The notes under the pieces: generated by a model
The model's database searches: none
What the model was told of the DNA's origin: nothing
The model's input: only the letters and a program-made list of their open reading frames with translations
Made by a program: the position numbers and the translations under genes
Shown here: positions 56,040 to 64,000 of the stretch, piece after piece
Layout: each line of letters starts with the position of its first letter
Numbering within the stretch: the stretch's first letter is position 1
NCBI GenBank assembly: GCA_963817725.1
Contig: CAWFPD010000006.1
Coordinates: 132,406-196,405, forward strand
Length of the DNA: 64,000 bases
Direction of reading: 5' to 3'
Source: an uncultured delta proteobacterium
GTDB taxonomy: Bacteria > Myxococcota_A > Polyangia > Polyangiales > Houyiibacteriaceae

Positions 56040-57077
56040 ATGGATATCGCGACGACCGCTCGCCAGCTCGGCGTCACACCGGAGGCAGTCCAGCTATTCC
56101 GCGACTCGGATGCGATCGACCTCCACGTCGATTCCTTCATCTGGCACCGCGTATTCGGCTACGACCTCGGCCGGGCGCACCGGGGCGGGCCCTTCGGACG
56201 GAGCTTTTTCGGTCAGGCCGATTTTCCAACCGCGCGCGAGTCCGGCCTCGGAGGGGCCACGTGGGTCATCACCACCAACCCGGCTCGAGCTTCGGCCGGC
56301 CGGAAACGTGCATTCGAGAAGAACTTGCGGGCACTGCTCTCTCTCGTTGAAGAAGCGGCCGGCGTCACCCACGTTCGGTCGGCCCGCGAGTTCAGAGCAG
56401 CTCGAGAAGCGGGCGAGCATGCTGCCTTCATCGGCATTCAAGGAGGAAACGCGCTTGATGAGAGCATCGAGGCGCTCGACCTGCTCGCCGATCGCGCCGT
56501 CCTTCGTGTGACGCTGGTGCATTTGACTTCGTCGCGGCTCGGGGCCTCGAGCGCGCCGGGCCCTTCGCGTATCGATGGTTTGACCGACTTTGGGCGATCC
56601 TACGTCGAGCGATTGAATGAGCTGCGGGTCGGAGTCGACCTGGCGCACATCAGCCGTCGCGGATTCTTCGATGCCGTCGGGGTCCACGACGAGACGCAGC
56701 CTCTTTTCGTCACGCATACCGGACTTGCTGGTGTGTACGAGCACTGGCGCAACATCACGGACGAGCAGCTGCGCGCGGTTGCCGATACCGACGGCACGGT
56801 GGGGGTCATGTTGCATGCCCCCTTTCTCGGCCGAGGCGCCGTCAGCGTCCGCACGGTGGTCGACCACATCGCGCACATCGTGCACAGGGTCGGAGAGGAC
56901 CATGCGTCGATCGGTACGGACTTCGACGGCGCGATCACGCCGCCTCCGGACCTCCCTGGGATTTGGGCGCTTCCGCGCCTGGTTCAACAAATGCTCGATC
57001 GCGGATGGTCCGATCAACGCATTCGCAAGATTCTCGGAGGCAACGCGCTGCGCGCGATCGAGACGTTGCGCGGGTAG
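56040..57077 (+). CDS. Membrane dipeptidase (peptidase family M19)
   Basis: Ordered metal-ligand contexts DLHVDS, VHLT, DLAHIS, VTHTG, GTDFDG. ATG 56040 chosen. Confidence 0.8.
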   Translation: MDIATTARQLGVTPEAVQLFRDSDAIDLHVDSFIWHRVFGYDLGRAHRGGPFGRSFFGQADFPTARESGLGGATWVITTNPARASAGRKRAFEKNLRALLSLVEEAAGVTHVRSAREFRAAREAGEHAAFIGIQGGNALDESIEALDLLADRAVLRVTLVHLTSSRLGASSAPGPSRIDGLTDFGRSYVERLNELRVGVDLAHISRRGFFDAVGVHDETQPLFVTHTGLAGVYEHWRNITDEQLRAVADTDGTVGVMLHAPFLGRGAVSVRTVVDHIAHIVHRVGEDHASIGTDFDGAITPPPDLPGIWALPRLVQQMLDRGWSDQRIRKILGGNALRAIETLRG

Positions 57078-57100
57078 CCGAGCGCTACCAGGCTTGCGGC

Positions 57101-57520
57101 ATGGCACTGTTGGACAAGATCGACGCCGACCTCAAAAAGGCCATGCTGGAGCGCAATGAAGTCGCACGCGAAACGCTTCGCATGATCAAATCGGAGCTTT
57201 TGACGCTCGACGATCCGGATGAGCTGGCCGTTCTTTCACGAGCGGTCAAGTCGCGGCGTGACAGCATCCAGAGCTACATCGAAGGGGGACGCCAAGATCT
57301 CGCGGACAAAGAGCTCGCCGAGATTGCAGTGATCGAACGCTACCTTCCGAAGCAGCTCAGCGAACAAGAAGCGCGTGATGCGATCGCGGCCATCATCGGC
57401 GAGCTCGGTCTTTCTAGTAAGAAGGAGCTCGGCAAGGTGATGAAAGAGGTCAAGGCGCGCTATCCGGGTCAGATCGACGGCAAGGTCGCGTCCTCGATCG
57501 CGAGCGGGCTCCTCGGTTGA
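57101..57520 (+). CDS. GatB/YqeY domain-containing protein
   Basis: LLDKIDADLKKAMLERNEVARETLRMIKSEL is a typical YqeY start. 139 aa. Confidence 0.85.
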   Translation: MALLDKIDADLKKAMLERNEVARETLRMIKSELLTLDDPDELAVLSRAVKSRRDSIQSYIEGGRQDLADKELAEIAVIERYLPKQLSEQEARDAIAAIIGELGLSSKKELGKVMKEVKARYPGQIDGKVASSIASGLLG

Positions 57521-57524
57521 CCTC

Positions 57525-58754
57525 TCACTCGGCGTCCGGAGATCGCTCCAGCCACCAGCGTCGGTAGCGGTCCTGGATGACCCGGCGCGCGTCGCTCGAC
57601 ATCTCCGCCCGGTAACCGTAGTCCTGTCCGGACGCCTGACGAAGGTCGCGGGACGCGATGGCCCGTATCTCGGCGTCCTCGTGATCCAAGCTGTCGATGA
57701 GCCATTCCGTCCGGCTGCGCTGCCCGTGCTCTTGAAACCAGGTTTGCCACTGGTCTTTTTCGGTTCCGAAGTCTTGGGCGGTCAGCATTCGCAGCACACG
57801 CCAAGCAGCCTCGCCCAACACACTTCGTTCGGCTACAGCCGGAATCAAAACCTCGATGCAACCGCAATCCCGCAAGACTGCAAGAGCCCTCATGGCCAAT
57901 AGACGAGAGCGCTGGTCCGGATCGGAGGCTACCGCGAGAGCCCGCAGAGAGGCCTTCAGCGATTCGATTCCCTGCTGCGCGAGAAAGGCCTCGAGCGCGT
58001 GAAGCGCGCTTCGCGAGACTCCTTGATCGTCGTCGAACATGGCGGCTGCAAGGGGCTCGACGAGCAGTGGATGAGGGAGATCCGCGGCGACCAACGTCGC
58101 GTAGTAGCGAGTTTCAGGATCTTGGTCTTTGAGAAGCTCCACGACGTAGGGAACCGCAACCTCGCCGAACGCGACCAATGTCCGGCAAAGGCCTGACACG
58201 CTACGGCCTCTCGGAGGTTGCACGTGCGGCTCCCACCGATTGAACCAGAGTCGGCCCGGAAACAGGTCTCGCAGGACCGGTAGCACGTCATCTCCAAGCG
58301 CCAAGAGCGCACTGTGATCTGGCGCTTCTTCATTCGGGCCATGCATCCCCAGCCTCGTCACCATGGTCTCGACGCGCTCCGCAAAGTCCGGCGGATCGAT
58401 TGGCGGCAACGACGCACGCGGGGTTGTCCCGACCGCGGTGAGGTCTCCCACGTTCAAGTGCTCGACGAGGAACTTCATGGCTGCATCCCGGCCCGCGTCA
58501 CCACGCGCAGGCGGAATTCCAGTCCACCGCCGAAATGCGCGCCCCAGCTCGCGATCGGGCCACCAATGTGCCTCGAGGCTGTCACCAGGAGGCGGATTCG
58601 AGGTGCGCCATCGCTCGTCGGGCGGTCCCGATTTGGGGCTGTCGCTAGGACTCGGCGCTTCGATCCGATCGGAGGGCGCGTTCTTGATCAGATACGTCGA
58701 CTCCCGCTCGTCCCCTGGGCCCATCGTTTCGAAGAGTACACCAAGTGCTCTCAA
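57525..58754 (-). CDS. HEAT-repeat protein, function unknown
   Basis: Repeated helical units (LLKDQDPETRYYA, SDPDQRSRLLAMRALA, HEDAEIRAIA). The TTG start overlaps the Rieske gene stop; the start is uncertain (ATG 58724 is an alternative). Confidence 0.55.
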   Translation of the reverse strand: MRALGVLFETMGPGDERESTYLIKNAPSDRIEAPSPSDSPKSGPPDERWRTSNPPPGDSLEAHWWPDRELGRAFRRWTGIPPARGDAGRDAAMKFLVEHLNVGDLTAVGTTPRASLPPIDPPDFAERVETMVTRLGMHGPNEEAPDHSALLALGDDVLPVLRDLFPGRLWFNRWEPHVQPPRGRSVSGLCRTLVAFGEVAVPYVVELLKDQDPETRYYATLVAADLPHPLLVEPLAAAMFDDDQGVSRSALHALEAFLAQQGIESLKASLRALAVASDPDQRSRLLAMRALAVLRDCGCIEVLIPAVAERSVLGEAAWRVLRMLTAQDFGTEKDQWQTWFQEHGQRSRTEWLIDSLDHEDAEIRAIASRDLRQASGQDYGYRAEMSSDARRVIQDRYRRWWLERSPDAE

Positions 58755-59809
58755 ACCAGCATTTTGATTCGGCGCTCTTCCTTCATGGTGCTGGGCCGTC
58801 CTGCTGCAGCCTCTCGAAGAAGCTTCTTGATTCGAAGCCCGAGCACATCGATTTCCGTCGAAGCAAAATCCTCTTGCCCGAACCGCTCTACCTGCTCCGT
58901 TTGGCGCCGAAGGATTTCGATGTCCTGCCGAAGGATCCGCATCGCGACCGGCTTGAATACCGTCCGCAAGATGGGACGCGGGACTGGGACTTTGACCGCT
59001 ACCGTCGCGAAAAGGTCGGTCACCGTTGGGGTGCGCGGTGTGAGGGCGGCGGTGGTGACGAGATGGCTCTGCTCACCGAGCCGGTATTCCACCTGCGCGA
59101 TACACGGAAGAAGAAAGCGGTCCCAGTGAAACACCTCGCCGCCCTGCGGCGCGAGCAAACGTCCGACCAAGCCTTCGGGCCGGTTCTCACCAATGAATTG
59201 GGCTTCGACGCCATCATCCAACGCGCGGATCACGACCTCGATCCGCTTTCTGTCTCGGTTCTTGCGGAACAGACCAGCATGGACGAATGCGGTGTGTGGC
59301 ACATCCAGCGCGTTTTCGGCCACGGCATCGAGCGGACCGGGCATCTCGAGATGCTCTCGGACGGTCAGGTAGCCTTTCTCATCGGCGCAAGGAATGTGAT
59401 ACGGGCTGCGATCCGGCTCGACATCGGGCTCGGAGTAGACCCATACCCAGCCCTGCGAATCACGGCACGCAAACGATGGCACGTGCCGCGCCGGATGATC
59501 CGACTCGCCACAAAGGCCAGGCACGGCTTTGCATGCGCCGCGACGGTCGAACTCCCAGCCGTGGTAGTGACACTGGATGTGATCGCCGACGATCCGGCCG
59601 GCCGATAGTGGAGCATTTCGATGTGGGCACCGATCGAGCAATGCGATGCTTTGCCCGCGCGCGTCGCGAAACGTGACGAGCGGCAGGCCATTGAGTAGCA
59701 CCCGCCGGGGTTTGGCCCTCAGTTGGCTGCTCGAGGCCACTACGTACCAGCCCGGTGCGAAATCAGTGCCTGGACTGGGCTTGTCGGGAGGCTGCGGCTG
59801 CTGCGACAT
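58751..59809 (-). CDS. Rieske [2Fe-2S] non-heme-iron oxygenase (PaO/ring-hydroxylating alpha-subunit-like)
   Basis: Rieske motif CPHRNAPLS...CHYHGWEF and the mononuclear iron motif DVPHTAFVH. Start is ATG 59809 or TTG 59824. Confidence 0.8.
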   Translation of the reverse strand: MSQQPQPPDKPSPGTDFAPGWYVVASSSQLRAKPRRVLLNGLPLVTFRDARGQSIALLDRCPHRNAPLSAGRIVGDHIQCHYHGWEFDRRGACKAVPGLCGESDHPARHVPSFACRDSQGWVWVYSEPDVEPDRSPYHIPCADEKGYLTVREHLEMPGPLDAVAENALDVPHTAFVHAGLFRKNRDRKRIEVVIRALDDGVEAQFIGENRPEGLVGRLLAPQGGEVFHWDRFLLPCIAQVEYRLGEQSHLVTTAALTPRTPTVTDLFATVAVKVPVPRPILRTVFKPVAMRILRQDIEILRRQTEQVERFGQEDFASTEIDVLGLRIKKLLREAAAGRPSTMKEERRIKMLV

Positions 59810-59928
59810 GACGGCTTCGCGCAATTTCTGCGCGTCCTTCGGGCGACGTTTCTTTCAGTTGCGTAAATAGCACGACTGCGGCCCAACTTTCGATGGAACG
59901 CGGTCAAGGTGACTGCTACACGAGCTGT

Positions 59929-60534
59929 ATGTCACGGCAAAACAACAAGGAACGGACGCGACGTCGCCTCTTACAGGCGATTCTCAAGACGATCCACCGG
60001 TCCGGCTACGGAGCGTTGACGACAGGGCGAGTCGCAGAGCTCGCCGGGGTAGCACAGCCGACTTTCTACGTGCATTTCCGGAGCATGGACCAAGCGCTCG
60101 AGCAGGTAGCCGAATGGGTAGCGGAAGAGCTCAGTCCTGGCTTTGACGCGACGGGATCCATGGAGCTCGAGCGAGCTGCCGACGTGCTCGAGGAGGCTGT
60201 GCTCAAGTGCACGCGCTCCGTGGTCCGAGACAAGAAAGTCGCGGAAGTATTCTTGCGCAATCGCCGCGATGAAACGTCGGCGCTCGGCAGGCGCTGGACG
60301 ATGCTCACTCGGGCTCTGCGCGAACGGATGCGCCAGATCGTCCTGCAGGTGGGGTCCGACATCGCTGCTGCGGATGCGGCCTTGCATGCCGAGCTGCTCG
60401 TCAGCGTGGTATTCGGCCTGGCCGAAGCGCACTTGGACGGCCGCGTCGAGAATCTGGAGCGAGCGACCGCCGTGGCGTCCCGAGCCATCGTGACCAGCAT
60501 CCTGACGACCTCCTCCGTCGCCGACGCGGCCTGA
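59929..60534 (+). CDS. TetR/AcrR family transcriptional regulator
   Basis: N-terminal HTH (TTGRVAELAGVAQPTFYVHF). Divergent from the Rieske gene and upstream of the acyl-CoA dehydrogenase. Confidence 0.8.
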   Translation: MSRQNNKERTRRRLLQAILKTIHRSGYGALTTGRVAELAGVAQPTFYVHFRSMDQALEQVAEWVAEELSPGFDATGSMELERAADVLEEAVLKCTRSVVRDKKVAEVFLRNRRDETSALGRRWTMLTRALRERMRQIVLQVGSDIAAADAALHAELLVSVVFGLAEAHLDGRVENLERATAVASRAIVTSILTTSSVADAA

Positions 60535-60559
60535 GAGGATCGGCTTCCGATCGGAGGGG

Positions 60560-61759
60560 TTGCATGATAAGCCCCGCCCTGTGGCTGACCTTTTCAATCC
60601 TTCATCCGAGCACCGTGCGTTGCGCGAGCTCGTTCGTTCTTTTGCCGAGAGAGAGGTCGATCAGCAGGCCGAGTCGTCTGATCGGGAGGAACGTTTCAAC
60701 CTTCCGTTGTTCCGTAGGCTCGGCGATCTAGGCCTGCTCGGCATTACGGTCGAAGAGCGATTCGGCGGGGCAGGCTTGGACCCCGTCGCCGCGGTCATCG
60801 CGCACGAGGAGCTTTCCGCTGCAGATCCCGGTTTCACGCTGGCTTACCTCGCGCACTCGATGCTGTTCGCCAACAATCTTCAGGTCAACGGCAGCGACCG
60901 GCAGCGAGAAAAATATCTGCCGGATGCGTGCTCCGGGACAAAGGTATGCGGCATGTGCATGAGCGAGCCCGGTGCAGGCACCGATGTTCTGGGCATGCAA
61001 ACCAGTGCCGCGAAAAAGGGCGATCGATACGTGCTCAACGGGGCCAAGATGTGGATCACCAACGGCGCCGTGACCGATACCGAGCTCGGGGACACGTTCT
61101 TGGTCTATGCGCGCATGGAGGGTCAACCGCGACACCAGCTCTCCCTCTTCATCGTCGAGAAGGGGTTTGCCGGCTTTCAACTAGGTCAGAAGCTCAAAGG
61201 TAAGCTCGGAATGCGCGCATCGACGACTGCCGAGCTGGTCTTCGAGGACTGCGAGGTGCCGGCAGAAAATCTGGTCGGAGCCGAGGGCAATGCGACGCTG
61301 CACATGATGCGTAACCTCGAAATTGAGCGTGTGACCCTTGCCGCCATGAGCCTCGGTATCGCACGCCGCTCGATCGAAGTGATGAACCGATACGCAACCG
61401 AGCGAACCTCGTTTGGCCAACCGCTACGGGAATTCGGCCAAATCCAACGGTACATCTCCCAATCCTATGCCGAGTACATGGCCGGACGCGCATACACCTA
61501 TTACGCGGCATCCACCATGCGTCTCGATGCGCCCGGCCACCGCCTCGATTCGGACGGGGTCAAGCTATTCACCTCGACGATGGGCAAGGACGTCGCCGAC
61601 CGGGCGATCCAGGTCCTCGGCGGTTATGGCTACGTCGCGGAATACGCGGTCGAGCGTTTGTGGCGCGACGCCAAGCTGCTCGAAATCGGAGGCGGGACCC
61701 TCGAAGCGCATCAAAAGAACATGTGCCGAGAGCTTCGCGCCACCGACCGCATTTTGTGA
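60560..61759 (+). CDS. Isovaleryl-CoA dehydrogenase-like acyl-CoA dehydrogenase
   Basis: ACAD motifs (MSEPGAGTD, GGYGY, LEIGGGT). Start uncertain: TTG 60560 or GTG 60581. Confidence 0.85.
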   Translation: MHDKPRPVADLFNPSSEHRALRELVRSFAEREVDQQAESSDREERFNLPLFRRLGDLGLLGITVEERFGGAGLDPVAAVIAHEELSAADPGFTLAYLAHSMLFANNLQVNGSDRQREKYLPDACSGTKVCGMCMSEPGAGTDVLGMQTSAAKKGDRYVLNGAKMWITNGAVTDTELGDTFLVYARMEGQPRHQLSLFIVEKGFAGFQLGQKLKGKLGMRASTTAELVFEDCEVPAENLVGAEGNATLHMMRNLEIERVTLAAMSLGIARRSIEVMNRYATERTSFGQPLREFGQIQRYISQSYAEYMAGRAYTYYAASTMRLDAPGHRLDSDGVKLFTSTMGKDVADRAIQVLGGYGYVAEYAVERLWRDAKLLEIGGGTLEAHQKNMCRELRATDRIL

Positions 61760-61905
61760 GGAACCGCACGCCTCCAAACACCTAGCCGCCTTTTCCCGTT
61801 CATGAAGTAGGCGCTGGCCCGTCGAACGGCTATCCTGATTCGTGTGACACGCCCCCTCGGGGGGATCGCCACCTAGGGGCGCGAGTCGCGTCCTAGGCGG
61901 GTTCG

Positions 61906-63834
61906 ATGGGCGTGTCCAGGGGACCAGTGACGCAAGAAGCCTTCAGTGAGATACCCAAGCCGACCGTCGACCTGCCTGTTCTAGGAAGGTTTGCCGGCTA
62001 CGACATTCTCGGGCGCCTCGCGCTCGGTGGAATGGCCGAGATTCTACTGGCCCGTCACGCCAACACCGAAGGAGACCACCGCTTGCTGGTGGTGAAGCGG
62101 ATTCTCCCCCACTTCGAGCAGGACAAGGACTTCGTCCAGATGTTTCTCGACGAAGCGCGTATCGGGATGCAGCTCAAGCACCCCAACATCTGCCAGTTCC
62201 ATCAGTTTGGTGCGGATGACGGGTCGCACTTCATCGTGATGGAGTGGGTCAACGGAATGCCTCTCGGGCGAGTGATCCGAAAAGCCAGGAAGACCGGTGG
62301 GGTGTCGATCCCAATCGGGGTTCGCGTTGGCGTCGACGTCGCCAGAGCGCTTCACTACGCGCACATCGCGAACGACGAGCACGGGGAGCCGCTCAACATC
62401 ATTCATCGCGACGTGTCGCCACACAACATCATGGTCGCCTACAGCGGCGCCGTGAAGCTCCTCGATTTCGGCATTGCCAAGGCCGATCATCGAGCCCACA
62501 AGACGCAAGCTGGGGTGGTGAAGGGCAAGTTCGCCTACATGGCGCCCGAGCAATGCACAGCAGGACAGGCCGACCACCGGCTCGACATCTTCGCGCTCGG
62601 AGTCTGCATCTTCGAGACGTTTACGGGGAAATCGCTCTATCGCCGCCAAACCGAAGCGGCCACCATGCGTGCGGTGATCATGGATCCGGTCCCTTCTCTC
62701 AGGGAACGTCTTCCGGATGCTCCCGAGGAGCTCGATCGGATTTTGCAGAAGGCTCTGGCCAAGGAAGCCAAGGATCGCTTTGCCACGGCGGAGGAGCTCG
62801 CCAACGAGCTCGAGAGCTTTGGTCGCGCCCACCAGATGTTCGCCAAGCAGCGCGAGGTGGCCGATTTCGTGACGAAGGTATTCCCCGAGGAGTCCACGAA
62901 GGGACCGCGGGTCGACACGGTGCCATTCGGCGCCTCCATCACGCTCGACATGGTGCACGCCAATGATTCGGCGTCCTCGAAATCGTATGTGTCGCATGTT
63001 CCGGGTGCCATTCGGGAGCTCGAGGTCGATGGAGGCGGTGACCAGATAGACCTCGGCCACCTGATCGATGCGCCGCCGGTGGTGCCGCTTCCCTCGCCCG
63101 CGATTCAACCCGGGACGTCGAGCCTGCGGCCGAGCCCTGCCGAGAATCAACCGAAGTCCGGCGCGAAACGAGCATCGAAGAAAAAGCGCCCCACCGGTTA
63201 CAAATCGCCGGGCTCCGGCGGAAAGCGAGTGGCAATGCTGGGGCTTCTGCTTCTTGGCGGGGGTGCCGTCGCTTACGATCAAACCGACATCGTGAAGGAT
63301 GCCGTGGGGCGCATCGAAGGCATGTTCGAACCGGAGGGGCCGCCCGAGGTTGCCGTCGACGAAAACCCACTCCTTCAGCAACATGGGGCGCGGATCTTGG
63401 TGGCGTCCTCGCCGCCCGGCGCCAAAGTCTTTCTCGACGGCAAGGAGCAAGGCTTGGCTCCGGTGGCGTTCACCGGATTGATGCAGGGCGACTATCGGGT
63501 TCGCGTGGAAGCGCCTGGTTTCGCCTCTTGGTCGACGACCGTGAAGGTCGCAAACGGCGAGACCGCGGGCGTGACGGCCAGTCTCGTCGGCAAGCAAGGC
63601 GGTGCGGCCCCTGGCGCTTTCGGGCGCATCAGCATTCAGACTACGCCTCCTTCCAACGTGTACATGGCTGGCGACCTGGTGGGCCGGACGCCGATGGAGA
63701 CGGTCTACGCCCCGCTCGGCCGACTCACCTTGGATTTCGAGCTTCCGAACGGCCGAAGGGTCACCCGCAAGGTGCTCGTCAAGTCCGACGGTGTGGCCCG
63801 GGCACGCTTCGATTTGTCCCGCTCCGATCCTTAG
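61906..63834 (+). CDS. Ser/Thr protein kinase with C-terminal PEGA domains
   Basis: Hanks kinase motifs (LVVKRI Lys, HRDVSPHNIM, DFGIAK, APE), a TM segment, and two PEGA-like modules (SSPPGAKVFLDG, TTPPSNVYMAG). Confidence 0.85.
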   Translation: MGVSRGPVTQEAFSEIPKPTVDLPVLGRFAGYDILGRLALGGMAEILLARHANTEGDHRLLVVKRILPHFEQDKDFVQMFLDEARIGMQLKHPNICQFHQFGADDGSHFIVMEWVNGMPLGRVIRKARKTGGVSIPIGVRVGVDVARALHYAHIANDEHGEPLNIIHRDVSPHNIMVAYSGAVKLLDFGIAKADHRAHKTQAGVVKGKFAYMAPEQCTAGQADHRLDIFALGVCIFETFTGKSLYRRQTEAATMRAVIMDPVPSLRERLPDAPEELDRILQKALAKEAKDRFATAEELANELESFGRAHQMFAKQREVADFVTKVFPEESTKGPRVDTVPFGASITLDMVHANDSASSKSYVSHVPGAIRELEVDGGGDQIDLGHLIDAPPVVPLPSPAIQPGTSSLRPSPAENQPKSGAKRASKKKRPTGYKSPGSGGKRVAMLGLLLLGGGAVAYDQTDIVKDAVGRIEGMFEPEGPPEVAVDENPLLQQHGARILVASSPPGAKVFLDGKEQGLAPVAFTGLMQGDYRVRVEAPGFASWSTTVKVANGETAGVTASLVGKQGGAAPGAFGRISIQTTPPSNVYMAGDLVGRTPMETVYAPLGRLTLDFELPNGRRVTRKVLVKSDGVARARFDLSRSDP

Positions 63835-64000
63835 GCAACCGCCTCCTCTCGCAAGCGCAGGTAGCTCTCGTATCGCTCACGGTCGATCATCGCCGAATGG
63901 ACGGCTTCGATGACGGCGCACTCGGGTTCGTGGGTATGGGTGCAGCTGCGAAAGGCACAATGCCCTCGATAGGGGACGAGCTCGGGAAAGCAGTGATCCA
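63831..64000 (-). CDS. rsgA: Ribosome small-subunit-dependent GTPase A, C-terminal zinc-finger end only (runs off the window)
   Basis: Translation ...CAFRSCTHTHEPECAVIEAV...RYESYL matches the RsgA C-terminal Cys/His cluster. Its stop overlaps the kinase stop. Confidence 0.7.
   Translation of the reverse strand, partial: DHCFPELVPYRGHCAFRSCTHTHEPECAVIEAVHSAMIDRERYESYLRLREEAVA

Noticed and set aside
63831-63834. Overlapping convergent stop codons of the kinase gene (TAG) and rsgA (TAA).
   Set aside because: This is a trivial 3' end overlap, common in compact GC-rich genomes. No functional implication is evident.
1-64000. Mobile elements, prophage, genomic island, defence systems (restriction-modification, CBASS, retron, toxin-antitoxin), tRNA or rRNA genes.
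   Set aside because: - No integrase, transposase, reverse transcriptase, nuclease/ATPase defence signatures, terminal inverted repeats or tRNA-like cloverleafs were seen.
- Composition is uniform apart from short AT-rich promoter gaps.
- The XRE regulator at 31049-31876 has no toxin-like partner.

Overview
This is a high-GC (roughly 63%) chromosomal segment that is almost entirely core housekeeping. I saw no rRNA, tRNA, CRISPR array, transposase, integrase or prophage signal. Several features suggest a Myxococcota or deltaproteobacteria-like lineage, though this is inference only: CarD/CdnL next to recA, a PEGA-domain Ser/Thr kinase, a Myxococcus-type LexA box, and a sigma54 promoter.

Gene content in order:
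- 0-11 kb: ndh (partial), gpmI, an esterase plus HEAT-like pair, argS, an HSL-type esterase, a long acyl-CoA dehydrogenase, fur, and an unknown membrane protein.
- 11-25 kb: secA, argJ, a CAP-domain protein, a zinc-ribbon polytopic membrane protein, a DUF465 protein, a lolA-like gene, a glycosyltransferase, glmS, and an M16 peptidase pair.
- 25-32 kb: cinA, recA, carD/cdnL, hisIE, and an HTH/pseudo-receiver - Nudix - XRE cluster.
- 32-42 kb: prs-rplY-pth-rpsF-rpsR-rplI-dnaB, pntAA/AB/B, tkt.
- 42-53 kb: tpx, feoAB, a metallophosphoesterase, trxB, an FAD oxidoreductase, an Slt-like lytic transglycosylase, proS.
- 53-64 kb: a thiolase plus 3-hydroxyacyl-CoA dehydrogenase pair, an M19 dipeptidase, a YqeY-like protein, a HEAT plus Rieske oxygenase pair, TetR plus isovaleryl-CoA dehydrogenase, the PEGA kinase, and the 3' end of rsgA.

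Many long ORFs antisense to these genes are GC-driven artefacts.

The most interesting unexplained signal is the 535-bp non-coding gap at 18.07-18.60 kb. It holds a near-consensus orphan sigma54 promoter, three perfect helically phased CTTGCTCTA decamers, and an intrinsic terminator lying tail-to-tail with the terminator of the neighbouring gene. Together these look like an undescribed sigma54-dependent small RNA of about 180 nt. Secondary leads are structured leaders upstream of cdnL, proS, tkt and the dipeptidase; a coupled XRE/Nudix/pseudo-receiver cluster; and a tandem-repeat acidic tail on ribosomal protein S6. None of these can be confirmed without homology searches, covariation analysis or transcript data.
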